A DNA stretch of 20,936 bases, taken from the NCBI GenBank assembly GCA_048884785.1, contig JBHLQM010000038.1, positions 1 through 20,936 on the forward strand, written 5' to 3'. This stretch comes from Candidatus Thorarchaeota archaeon (GTDB lineage: Archaea; Asgardarchaeota; Thorarchaeia; Thorarchaeales; Thorarchaeaceae). Below the pieces are notes generated by a model, which saw only the letters and a program-made list of their open reading frames with translations, did not search any database and was not told the DNA's origin. The translations under genes were made by a program, and so were the position numbers. This document shows positions 7,699 through 16,398 of this stretch, piece by piece; position 1 is the first letter of the stretch; the number at the start of each line of letters is the position of its first letter.

Positions 7699-9180
7699 CT
7701 AATAGGATCTTGCTATGTAGACCACTTCTGTTGCAGGCCTACCGCAGACAACGCAAACGCCCTCGGCAATGTCATCTATATCGATTCGTGTACCACGAAT
7801 CTCGCCACCGGTCCTGTCTTTGATTTCCTCGTAGCAAGCAAGGCCTTCCACCTCGGTGGTGCAGAAGGGGGTCCGTGCGATTTTTCCACGTTCAAGAGCA
7901 TCCTGAATCTTGCCCATCGTGTCTGCATCCTCAATAAGGCCTTCAAACTTGGACTCCGCTACCGCCAAAAGGTTGGCATCAATCTCTTTACCCAGTTCCA
8001 TGATACGTTTCTTGAGATTGGCGTAAAGAATAGACTCGCGTTTCATTGTATCTCGCCGCAATGCGACTACTTTCTTCTCCTTGATGTCCCTTGGACCTGC
8101 CTCAATACGTACGGGAACTCCCTTCATTTCCCAATAGTGATACTTCCAGCCAGGAGTCTGATCTCGGGTGTCCAAGTGAACTCGAATTCCAGCCTTTCGC
8201 AGAGCCTTCTCGATATCCCTGCAGTAGCCTAGAACCTCATTCATGGTCTTCTCCTTGAATATTGGGACAATAACAACTTGGTAGGGAGCGATCTTGTATG
8301 GAATTCGTAATCCTTTGTCATCACCGTGTACTGCAATCATTGCACCATATATCCTGGAGATTGCGGGACCATAGCAGGTTTGGAATGCATATTGAATCTC
8401 ATTATCTTCATTGAGATATTTAACATCAAACGCCTTCGCGAAGTTATCACCTAAATCGTGAGTGGAGGGGAGTTGAATCACCTTTCCATCAGGCATCAGA
8501 GTATCTGCAGCGTATGTGTTGAGACCGCCAGGGAACTTATCCCACTGAGTTCTCTTGAAGACCATTACAGGGATGCCGAAGTCTCCTGTCACTACCTCCT
8601 TGGTAATCTCTAGGTCTTCCATAACCTGATCCAGAGCCTCCTGATGTGTGGCGTAAACATTGTGACTCTCGATCCATAGGAACTCACGGCCTCTCAGAAA
8701 AGGACGCGTACTCTTTATTTCCGATCTGAAGACGGAGCATCGTTGATATCTCTTCATTGGAAGGTCGCGCCAGCTTCTCACCCATAGAGAATACATAGGA
8801 TAAATTGCGGTTTCGCTCGTAGGCCTTAATGCCAAAGGCTCTTCCAGTTTCTCTCCTGCCCCAATCTCTCTAATCCAGAAAACCTGAGGAGTGAATCCTT
8901 CAACATGGCTTGCTTCCTTGATTAGATTGCTCTCTGGAATGACTGTTGGAAATAGCATGGGAAGATGTCCCTTGCTCTGGAGGTTGGCCTCAAGAAAAGA
9001 AAACATGAGATCCATTGACATTACACTCCAAGGCAAGAACGGTGTGAATCCCTTTACTCCATAACGAATATCAGCTAGTTCAGCCACTTTGCAGATTTCA
9101 CCATACCAATCGGGGAAATCCTTCTCCTTACTAATGCTAAAGATTGCTTGCTTTGAGTTGTTGTCATCACTACCGTTCAT
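7699..9180 (-). CDS. proS: Prolyl-tRNA synthetase, archaeal/eukaryotic type
   Basis: KEASHVEGFTPQV, LALRPTSET, FRSE...RPFLRGREFLW, HDLG.NFAKAF, the anticodon-binding GVPVRIEAGPRD segment, C-terminal Zn-binding CVVCG and terminal ARSY. Confidence 0.97.
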   Translation of the reverse strand: MNGSDDNNSKQAIFSISKEKDFPDWYGEICKVAELADIRYGVKGFTPFLPWSVMSMDLMFSFLEANLQSKGHLPMLFPTVIPESNLIKEASHVEGFTPQVFWIREIGAGEKLEEPLALRPTSETAIYPMYSLWVRSWRDLPMKRYQRCSVFRSEIKSTRPFLRGREFLWIESHNVYATHQEALDQVMEDLEITKEVVTGDFGIPVMVFKRTQWDKFPGGLNTYAADTLMPDGKVIQLPSTHDLGDNFAKAFDVKYLNEDNEIQYAFQTCYGPAISRIYGAMIAVHGDDKGLRIPYKIAPYQVVIVPIFKEKTMNEVLGYCRDIEKALRKAGIRVHLDTRDQTPGWKYHYWEMKGVPVRIEAGPRDIKEKKVVALRRDTMKRESILYANLKKRIMELGKEIDANLLAVAESKFEGLIEDADTMGKIQDALERGKIARTPFCTTEVEGLACYEEIKDRTGGEIRGTRIDIDDIAEGVCVVCGRPATEVVYIARSY

Positions 9181-9306
9181 ACTATCATCTCACTGTGACT
9201 AGATTGAGTTTTAGAGTATTGGCTAGGACAGAGAATCAGATTATAGATTATTCGGAACGCATTCACCTAGCATCACGTTCACCAAGGTTGTGTCCAAGTC
9301 TATTCT

Positions 9307-9314
9307 TATTTAAA
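9307..9314 (-). promoter_or_regulatory. Putative TATA box (TTTAAATA) upstream of proS
   Basis: Strong archaeal TATA consensus in the nadM-proS intergenic region, about 127 nt from the proS ATG. Confidence 0.4.
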
Positions 9315-9330
9315 GTCTGCTGTAGGCAAT

Positions 9331-9855
9331 CTAACGCTTGGTAGTATTATTACCAACCGCTCTAATCCGTTCATCGAGCTTATACTCTCTCATCAATTCG
9401 ACAACACCAGGCGGAACCAGTGTAACCCACTCTTCGTTTTCCCAGCGAATCAAATCCCGTACATGATTTGCGCTATATGATGACCGCTCTAGAAGTGTTG
9501 TTTCGTCGATTAGATAGCCAGCATCTCGCATCAATCGTTGAACAAGGGCATTATGTGTATACGCCTTTTCAAAGTAAGGAACGTAGCTCTTTAGATGCGC
9601 TATCCAAAGTGGATTGATATTAATATCAGGAATAGGAATGATGTCTATTCTCTCAATAGGCAGTCCCTCGTCCATCAATGCACGCTTTATGAGCATAACA
9701 CGCTCTCCACCTGTAAAGGGATTGTTTGGAGTGTGTGAATACTGAGCACTGCCAACCGCAATAATCAACTCCTCGTCCTTCTCAAGGATTTGCTTAATCG
9801 TGTGCATGTGTCCCAAATGTATTGGCTGGAACCTTCCAATGAATATAGAGCGCAT
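9331..9855 (-). CDS. nadM: Nicotinamide-nucleotide adenylyltransferase (archaeal NMNAT)
   Basis: FIGRFQPIHLGH (HxGH), GSAQYSHTPNNPFTGGER and W..LVP. I moved the start to ATG 9855 (MRSIFIGRF), where family homology begins; the track start was 9912. Confidence 0.93.
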   Translation of the reverse strand: MRSIFIGRFQPIHLGHMHTIKQILEKDEELIIAVGSAQYSHTPNNPFTGGERVMLIKRALMDEGLPIERIDIIPIPDININPLWIAHLKSYVPYFEKAYTHNALVQRLMRDAGYLIDETTLLERSSYSANHVRDLIRWENEEWVTLVPPGVVELMREYKLDERIRAVGNNTTKR

Positions 9856-9973
9856 CGTAATCGTGTATTCTGGAAAACAGGTGACAAATAAGGGTTGAGC
9901 AAGAGACATCAAATGTAATTGACAAGTAGAAAGCCTTAACCTGAAAGACCTTGATGTTCACAAGGCTAGGAAG

Positions 9974-11041
9974 ATGATTGAGATTGATGGATCATTTGGC
10001 GAAGGAGGTGGCCAAATCCTCAGAACAGCCATTTCTCTCTCAGCCCTCACCCTCAAGCCAATAAAAATCACAGAAATACGTGCTGGGAGACCCCAGCCAG
10101 GACTTAAGAAGCAACATTTGGCAGGGATTGAGCTGACGGCCAGATTGGTTAATGCTGAAGTGAAAGGGCTTGAGGTGGGTAGCACTAGAATTGAATTCAT
10201 TCCAACTGAATTGCAGGGCGGTGAATTCTCTCTTGATATCGGTACAGCCGGAGCTATCTCTCTTGTTTTGCAAGCGGTCCTTCCTCCTGCGATCTTATGT
10301 CCTGAATCAGTAAGATTCAACCTTAGAGGTGGTACTGATGTCGCTTGGAGCCCTCCGATAGATTACTTTCGCGAGGTGTTTGTGCCAATGGTGTCGCAAA
10401 TGGGGCTCAATATTCAGATTCACCAAAACAGAAGAGGGCATTATCCAAGAGGAGGAGGAAACGTGCATGCTGAGATTAAACCAGTAGGAAAGATTTCGAT
10501 GTTGAGGTGTGTGGATTTCGGTGATTTACGTGCAATATCAGGTATTTCTCATTGCGTAAGACTGCCTAGCCATGTTGCTGACCGACAAGGTATCTCAGCT
10601 GAGCAGGAATTGCAGAGTCAAGGCCTGAAGATTGCGGAGATAAAACGAGAGTGGTATCCGAAGAACAATGACCCCCACCTTGGTGCAGGTAGTGGTATTG
10701 TATTATGGGCAGAATCACAAGAAGGATGGAGAATTGGTGCAGACAGATTAGGAGAGAGAGGAAAGAGGGCTGAGGATGTAGGAAGAGATGCAGCGAAACA
10801 ACTAATGAAAGACCTTGCCACTGGCAAGGCGATTGATTCCCACCTCTGTGATATGCTGATTCCATATCTCGCACTTGCTGAAGGTGAGAGCACAATAGGG
10901 ATTACTGAGATTACATCCCATCTCGTCACAAATATCTGGGTTGCCAGAAAAATACTCGGAGTGGAGATGCATTTGGATGGTGAAGTAGGACAACCCGGCG
11001 TTCTCTCAGTCAGAGGTTCCGGATTTTCTATCCCTGAGTGA
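9974..11041 (+). CDS. rtcA: RNA 3'-terminal phosphate cyclase
   Basis: IDGSFGEGGGQILR, IRAGRPQPGL..QH, GTAG, GGTDV..SP, RRGHYPRGGG and the adenylated-His motif DSHLCD. Confidence 0.96.
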   Translation: MIEIDGSFGEGGGQILRTAISLSALTLKPIKITEIRAGRPQPGLKKQHLAGIELTARLVNAEVKGLEVGSTRIEFIPTELQGGEFSLDIGTAGAISLVLQAVLPPAILCPESVRFNLRGGTDVAWSPPIDYFREVFVPMVSQMGLNIQIHQNRRGHYPRGGGNVHAEIKPVGKISMLRCVDFGDLRAISGISHCVRLPSHVADRQGISAEQELQSQGLKIAEIKREWYPKNNDPHLGAGSGIVLWAESQEGWRIGADRLGERGKRAEDVGRDAAKQLMKDLATGKAIDSHLCDMLIPYLALAEGESTIGITEITSHLVTNIWVARKILGVEMHLDGEVGQPGVLSVRGSGFSIPE

Positions 11042-12088
11042 TGCCACATGGCGCTCAATAGAGTCCTGTAGAGATTCCAAATCGACTTCTTCGATTGCAT
11101 CTTGAAGCAGTTCATCAACGCCTTTAGTAGTGGTTGCAACAATCTCATAGGCATTTGGTAGCAATCGCCGTGCGTCCTCAAGTTTCTCTGGTGGGGCAAT
11201 GTCAATTTTGTTGAGCACAATGAGTATAGGAATGATTGGAAACATGCGCTGAACTTCTCTTAGCAGATTTATCTGTTCATCAAGATTCCATCCGCATGCC
11301 TCTGAAGGATCTATCATGAAAATGATTACATCTGCAAGGTACTTGAGCGCTGTAATTGCCTGCTTTTCAATCTCATTTCTTTGACTCATAGGCCTATCGA
11401 GAATCCCAGGTGTGTCTACAATCTGAACTCTGTGGCTTCTGACTTTGAGGTGGCCAATTATTACGTTCTTCGTCGTAAAGGGATAATATGCAATCTCTGG
11501 TTCTGCAGTAGAAACTTCACGGACCAGCGTGGATTTCCCAACATTCGGAAATCCTGCACATACAATCGTTGGAGAATCAGGCATGATTCCGGGTAGAAGA
11601 GCGAGCTTCTTCTTTGCCTCGATTATGAAATCGAGGTTCTTTGAAGTGGCTCGTACCACGGATGCAATGCGGCCCTTAGCAGCACTTCGAGACCTTTTCA
11701 ATTGATTATGGTCATTGGCAAGTTTCATAGCCTCAAGATGATCGTCCAGAATCTTGTCTATAGCCGGAATGGAATTATAAATGGCTCCCAGAGATTGTTT
11801 CAGTCTGTCTGTGCCTACTAGTATCTCTGTAAGTTCAAGGTAGAAAGGATGCAGCCTATCCAATGTTGGGAAGTTCTCGACAAATTCTGTGAGTTTATTC
11901 TTCACCAGTTTTGCGAATTCCTGGAGGCGGGCAATCTCTCTTATTCGTACACGTCCCATTTTATCAATACGTTTTGAGCTTTTCATGCTTAGTTTCTTGG
12001 ATTTGGCGTGCGCAAACTCGATGATCTCCTCTGCGGTCATTATTGTTGGAATCCGCGTGAAGGGATTAAGAGCTCTTGATATTGACAC
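11006..12088 (-). CDS. NOG1-family (Obg/HflX superfamily) ribosome-biogenesis GTPase
   Basis: Helical N-domain LHPFY.EL, G1 GFPNVGKS, G2 YPFTT, G3 DTPGILDRP...RN.IE and G4 NKID. The start is uncertain: I chose GTG 12088 (GAGGT upstream); the track gives 12124. Confidence 0.92.
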   Translation of the reverse strand: MSISRALNPFTRIPTIMTAEEIIEFAHAKSKKLSMKSSKRIDKMGRVRIREIARLQEFAKLVKNKLTEFVENFPTLDRLHPFYLELTEILVGTDRLKQSLGAIYNSIPAIDKILDDHLEAMKLANDHNQLKRSRSAAKGRIASVVRATSKNLDFIIEAKKKLALLPGIMPDSPTIVCAGFPNVGKSTLVREVSTAEPEIAYYPFTTKNVIIGHLKVRSHRVQIVDTPGILDRPMSQRNEIEKQAITALKYLADVIIFMIDPSEACGWNLDEQINLLREVQRMFPIIPILIVLNKIDIAPPEKLEDARRLLPNAYEIVATTTKGVDELLQDAIEEVDLESLQDSIERHVASLRDRKSGTSD

Positions 12089-12182
12089 CTCACATACCTC
12101 AGGTAATGCCAGTCCATAGAACATCTTTTAAAAGGATTGAAAGGTCAAACTAGCAACAGGTCCACAGGAGGCTATGCCATAA

Positions 12183-12776
12183 ATGAGTCTACCAACAGGA
12201 GCAACAGTAGTAGGAATAAAATGCACGGATGGAACAGTAGTGGCTACTGATTCTCTGATTAGCTGGGGAACCATGGTCCTTACTGAGAAAGGTGTCAAGG
12301 CATTCAAGCTAACAGACACCATAGTGCTTGCTTCTGCAGGATTGACTTCTGATTATCAGATGCTTGTGAATAGACTGCAGGCTCAAATAAAGCTCTATGA
12401 GCTTGACCATAAAAAGCCCATTTCTGTTAGGGCGTTGTCTAAGATGGTCGCTAATACTCTATACTCACGAAGATTCAACCCGCTTTATGTGCAGACTATT
12501 ATAATTGGTATGGATAAGGATGGACCAGCCTTGTTCACTCTGGATATGGGTGGTTCATTAATTTCTGATGAGTATACGGCAACCGGAACAGGGGTAAGAA
12601 CAGCATATGGAGTACTTGAAAAGGACTTTCGGCCAAATCTGACTGTGAAGGAAGCAGAGGAAATTGCAATTCAAGCAGTTCGTGCAGGAATTGCCAGAGA
12701 TGTCCAATCAGGCGGGGCTATTCACGTGATGAGTGTCACGAAGGCCGGTGTATCCGAGCGTACCATTGATAATTAG
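12183..12776 (+). CDS. psmB: Proteasome beta subunit, predicted non-catalytic paralogue (Ala at the Thr1 position)
   Basis: G-ATVVGIKCTDGTVVATD, K33-equivalent in GVKAF, SAGLTSD, ATGTG...AYGVLE and RDVQSGG. AGGAGG lies upstream. Confidence 0.93.
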   Translation: MSLPTGATVVGIKCTDGTVVATDSLISWGTMVLTEKGVKAFKLTDTIVLASAGLTSDYQMLVNRLQAQIKLYELDHKKPISVRALSKMVANTLYSRRFNPLYVQTIIIGMDKDGPALFTLDMGGSLISDEYTATGTGVRTAYGVLEKDFRPNLTVKEAEEIAIQAVRAGIARDVQSGGAIHVMSVTKAGVSERTIDN

Positions 12777-12781
12777 CGCGC

Positions 12782-14035
12782 GTGTCTTCATTGGAATTGA
12801 GTTCACTCATTTTTCGAGCCCATACATCCTCGAGATATAGCATTGCAGCTCTCTTAGGAGCAATTGAGATTGACCCAAGATTACGGAGCCTGAGTATTCA
12901 TGCGCCTATTGATTCTCCTGAAAGAGTAATAGAACAAAAACTTCAGAATGGAACTGTGGTGCTTGCGCATTCTGTAATGAGCTCACAGGTAGATCGTGTT
13001 CGCAAGGAGATTACCCAGATTAGAAGCAGATTCGGCGACCAGGTGATATTGGTTGCAGGCGGTGCCCACGCCAGTGCTCGGCCTACTGATCTGCTCGCCA
13101 TCGGTTTTGACTATGTTGTAATTGGCGAAGGGGAAAAGGCCTTTGGAGATCTTCTTTGGTCACTTATGAATGATAAAGACCCCTCAACAGTCCCCGGAGT
13201 GGTTACAGGCTCGACTGAGATATTCCCGCACCCAAAGACTCTTCCAAGGGTCTCACTCGATGAGTATCCGCCTTTTGCTCTTGGAATGAATATCGTCGGA
13301 CCTGTGGAGGTCACACGAGGCTGTCCTTATAGATGCAAATATTGTTCCACTCCATTCTTATCGGGAGGGACTGTTCGGCACCGTGCAGTCGATTCCGTGA
13401 CTTATTGGCTAGAGCGTGCAGTAAGAGAACGTGGGTTTGAACGCACATGGTTTCTCTCTCCTAATGCCTTATGCTATGGAGGGAAGGGGAGATCTGTTGC
13501 TCGTGAGAAACTTGAGAGATTGCTTAGAGAAACCAAATCAATCTCAGGACTAGATCTCTTCTTTGGCTCATTTCCATCAGAGGTAAGACCTGAGTTTGTT
13601 ACACGGGATGTTCTCGGGATGTTCAGGGAGTATGTATCAAACAGGACCCTCCAGATAGGACTGCAATCAGGTAGCGATAGAATGTTGCAAATTTCCAATC
13701 GACATCATAGTGTAAAACAGGGACTTGATGCTATTGGGATTGCATTTGATACTGGATTCATTCCCCATGTAGACATGATTTTTGGGCTGCCAGGAGAAAA
13801 GGAGGAAGATGTGGAAGCTAGTCTTGGGGTATGTGAAGACCTAGCGAATATGAGTGCCAAAATTCATGCTCACGTCTTTATGCCACTACCAGGGAGTGAA
13901 TGGGAGAATATGCCTGCGGGACAATTGAGTACAAAAACCAGACAGATTCTTGGAGAGTATGCAAGAAAGAAGATAGTCACTGGATCATGGGGACATCAAG
14001 AAAACTTGGGAAAAATGATGGAGCTAGATAACTGA
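12782..14035 (+). CDS. B12-binding-domain radical SAM protein (TIGR04013 / MJ_1487-like)
   Basis: AGGAHASARP...GFDYVVIGEGE, EVTRGCPYRCKYC (CxxxCxxC), FGSFPSEVRPE, GLQSGS, VDMIFGLPGE and HVFMPLPGS. Confidence 0.85.
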   Translation: MSSLELSSLIFRAHTSSRYSIAALLGAIEIDPRLRSLSIHAPIDSPERVIEQKLQNGTVVLAHSVMSSQVDRVRKEITQIRSRFGDQVILVAGGAHASARPTDLLAIGFDYVVIGEGEKAFGDLLWSLMNDKDPSTVPGVVTGSTEIFPHPKTLPRVSLDEYPPFALGMNIVGPVEVTRGCPYRCKYCSTPFLSGGTVRHRAVDSVTYWLERAVRERGFERTWFLSPNALCYGGKGRSVAREKLERLLRETKSISGLDLFFGSFPSEVRPEFVTRDVLGMFREYVSNRTLQIGLQSGSDRMLQISNRHHSVKQGLDAIGIAFDTGFIPHVDMIFGLPGEKEEDVEASLGVCEDLANMSAKIHAHVFMPLPGSEWENMPAGQLSTKTRQILGEYARKKIVTGSWGHQENLGKMMELDN

Positions 14036-14083
14036 AATTGGTGTATTGCCAAATCCTGATAAGAGGCAGGTCTTTTTCACTAG

Positions 14084-15061
14084 ATGATTAGTGAATTGAC
14101 TCCGGACCTTTCGCCCGAACTCAAAGATCGACTGGAAAAACAGGGATACCATCTACTCGGCATGAGAGGGGGATATAAGGCGTGTCAATGGCAAAAAAAG
14201 AGTCTCTTGCATGGAGATGTCTGCTACAAACAGAAATTCTATGGCATTGAATCGCATAGATGTCTGCAGATGACTCCGGTCGTGGATAAATGCACTCAGA
14301 ATTGCGAGTTCTGTTGGCGAGTTACTCCTGCTGATGTTGGAAAATCATGGGATCAGATTAGAGTGACCGATGATGAGGTCCTCCCTCCAAGTGTTTTGCT
14401 TGACCAATCATTAATGGCCAATTTGCGTTCACTGGGGGGGTATAATCCAGAAGCTGGTGCAAAGGTTCCGAGAGAGAAGTACCAGGAAGCAAGAGAGCCC
14501 AAGCATGTTGCAATATCTTTGGCCGGAGAACCAACACTCTATCCGTTTCTTGGCGATTTTATTGATGAGATACACAGTCGTGGCATGACCTCATTTCTTG
14601 TTACAAATGGGACGTCACCAGAAGTGCTTCAGAATATATCACTGCCAACACAGCTCTATATCACAATCGCAGCACCAGATAGAGAAACGCACTCCCTTCT
14701 ACTAAGACCGGGGATTAAGAATGCATGGAATAATCTATTGATTTCTCAGGAGCTGCTAAATTCGCTTGATTGCCGCACGGTAAATAGACTGACCATGGTT
14801 GCTGGTCGAAATATGCATAATGTTAGAGCGTATGCAAGTATCATCCTTCGTGGTGAGCCCGACTTCATTGAGGTCAAGGGGTATATGCATCTGGGGTCGT
14901 CAAGAGAACGTCTTAGAAGAGAGAATGCGCCTTCGCACATGGAGATAGAAGCCTTTTCCGCAAAACTGGCAGCATTGACAGGATATTATATAGCAGATGA
15001 ACAAGCGGAGAGTCGGGTCGTTTTGCTTTCTCGTAGAAAACACATAAAGAGGCTGACATGA
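14084..15061 (+). CDS. taw1: 4-demethylwyosine synthase (TYW1/Taw1), tRNA-Phe wyosine radical SAM enzyme
   Basis: CQW...CYK.KFYGI.SHRC.QMTP, CTQNCEFCWR, HVAISLAGEPTLYP, FLVTNG and PDFIEVKGYM. Confidence 0.95.
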   Translation: MISELTPDLSPELKDRLEKQGYHLLGMRGGYKACQWQKKSLLHGDVCYKQKFYGIESHRCLQMTPVVDKCTQNCEFCWRVTPADVGKSWDQIRVTDDEVLPPSVLLDQSLMANLRSLGGYNPEAGAKVPREKYQEAREPKHVAISLAGEPTLYPFLGDFIDEIHSRGMTSFLVTNGTSPEVLQNISLPTQLYITIAAPDRETHSLLLRPGIKNAWNNLLISQELLNSLDCRTVNRLTMVAGRNMHNVRAYASIILRGEPDFIEVKGYMHLGSSRERLRRENAPSHMEIEAFSAKLAALTGYYIADEQAESRVVLLSRRKHIKRLT

Positions 15062-15080
15062 ATTGCATAGGGGAGATAAA

Positions 15081-15713
15081 ATGGGTTCAGAAGGTATCTT
15101 TGACTTAGCTAGAAAAGAAATAGAGGCTGATGATAAAATCCGGGAGAAGGTACTTCCTCTTGTTAGATTAGCTGTCAGAAAATGCTCGGAATCGATCAAG
15201 CACTCTCACAGAAAGCAGTATGACATAGCAAGAGCAGCAGTTAAAGAAAGTCAAAATCTGATAGAAGAAGCTAGGAAAGAGATGGAGCCAAGCGAGTATC
15301 TTGGCAAGTCACGGATTTTAGACACAGCATACCAAGAGCTCGCAGAAGCGACTAATTTGCTCTCAATTCTTGAACAGGGATCCCTTACTCCTCTGGATGC
15401 CTTTAACATTCCCTCAAGACCGTTCCTCACTGGACTTGCAGACACAATCGGGGAACTAAGACGAGCAACTCTGGAACGGCTTAGAGAGGGACTCACAGAT
15501 GATGCTAGGGGGCTTCTTAAACTGATGGAAGAGATATTCGAGGAACTGAATAGCTTCGACTTTCCGAATTCGCTAGTTCCGGACCTACGAAGAAAATGTG
15601 ATGTTGCACGAGGCATAATTGAAAGAACCCGAGGAGATGTCACTGCCGCGGTACGACAAGACAGGTTGATTAATGAAATTGGACGATTCGAAGAACGCCT
15701 AAAGAGAGAGTGA
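15081..15713 (+). CDS. Translin/Trax-family (C3PO-like, COG2178) RNA-binding endonuclease
   Basis: DKIREK, AYQELAEA, FLTGLADTIGELRR and LRRKCDVAR. ATG 15081 with GGGGAG upstream is preferred over TTG 15063. Confidence 0.88.
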   Translation: MGSEGIFDLARKEIEADDKIREKVLPLVRLAVRKCSESIKHSHRKQYDIARAAVKESQNLIEEARKEMEPSEYLGKSRILDTAYQELAEATNLLSILEQGSLTPLDAFNIPSRPFLTGLADTIGELRRATLERLREGLTDDARGLLKLMEEIFEELNSFDFPNSLVPDLRRKCDVARGIIERTRGDVTAAVRQDRLINEIGRFEERLKRE

Positions 15714-15717
15714 CAAG

Positions 15718-16398
15718 ATGATACAACCCGAAGTATGGTTCACTTTGTATACGTTGGCCAAGCGTGGAGGATTGCACGATGCAGTACTTGTAAAGACAAG
15801 CGAGCTTGGAAAGGACCTTGGAGTGAGCCAGCAGACTGCATCCAGAAGGATTTCTGAATGTGTGGATTTGGGTTTCCTAATTAGACTTCATACAGTGAGC
15901 GGCATGCAGATCAGGATTTCATCAAAGGGTCGAGAGCAACTCATGAGAGTATTTAGTAGTCTTGAGATTGCGTTCGCTCCTCCTAAGGATGAGATTAGTA
16001 TCCAAGGAATTATTGTCGGGGGTATTGGTGAAGGGGCATACTATGTAGATGTATACTCATCACGCTTCCAGAAAGCGCTTGGATTCGAACCATTCTTAGG
16101 AACGTTGAACGTACGCATTACTGAAGAAGAGTCTCGGAAAGCAGTAAACAGAATGAAGCACACTCCGCCCCTAATGGTATCAGGTTTTACACATGAAGGG
16201 CGTACCTTTGGAGATGTGATATGTTATAGAGCAAAGGTGAATGGAAAAATAGAAGCAGCCATTGTAATCGCTCAAAGAACTCATCACAGTGAGGATGTCT
16301 TAGAGGTGATTTCCCCTGTCAACATTCGTAACGTGTTGAAACTGAAGGATAATGACAAGGTTACTCTAACGGTGATCCCTCTTCACTTGGCGGTCTAA
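15718..16398 (+). CDS. ribK: CTP-dependent riboflavin kinase fused to a winged-HTH domain (RbkR-type)
   Basis: HTH motif ELGKDLGVSQQTASRRI. Kinase motifs GIGEGAYY, LGFEPFLGTLN, GF...GRTFG, RTHH...LEVISP..IR..L.LKDND. Confidence 0.92.
   Translation: MIQPEVWFTLYTLAKRGGLHDAVLVKTSELGKDLGVSQQTASRRISECVDLGFLIRLHTVSGMQIRISSKGREQLMRVFSSLEIAFAPPKDEISIQGIIVGGIGEGAYYVDVYSSRFQKALGFEPFLGTLNVRITEEESRKAVNRMKHTPPLMVSGFTHEGRTFGDVICYRAKVNGKIEAAIVIAQRTHHSEDVLEVISPVNIRNVLKLKDNDKVTLTVIPLHLAV

Noticed and set aside
9234-9282. C/D box sRNA (GTGATGC ... CCGA ... CTGA)
   Set aside because: The C box is imperfect, there is no C' box, and the C-to-D distance is too short for two guides.
9856-9912. N-terminal extension of nadM in the track
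   Set aside because: Homology begins at MRSIFIGRF. The extension covers the probable divergent promoter region.
10618-11220. 200-aa minus-strand ORF and other short overlapping ORFs (e.g. 6895..7410, 9958..10320, 15251..15643, 20274..20483)
   Set aside because: These are antisense or alternate-frame shadows of well-supported genes and show no motifs.
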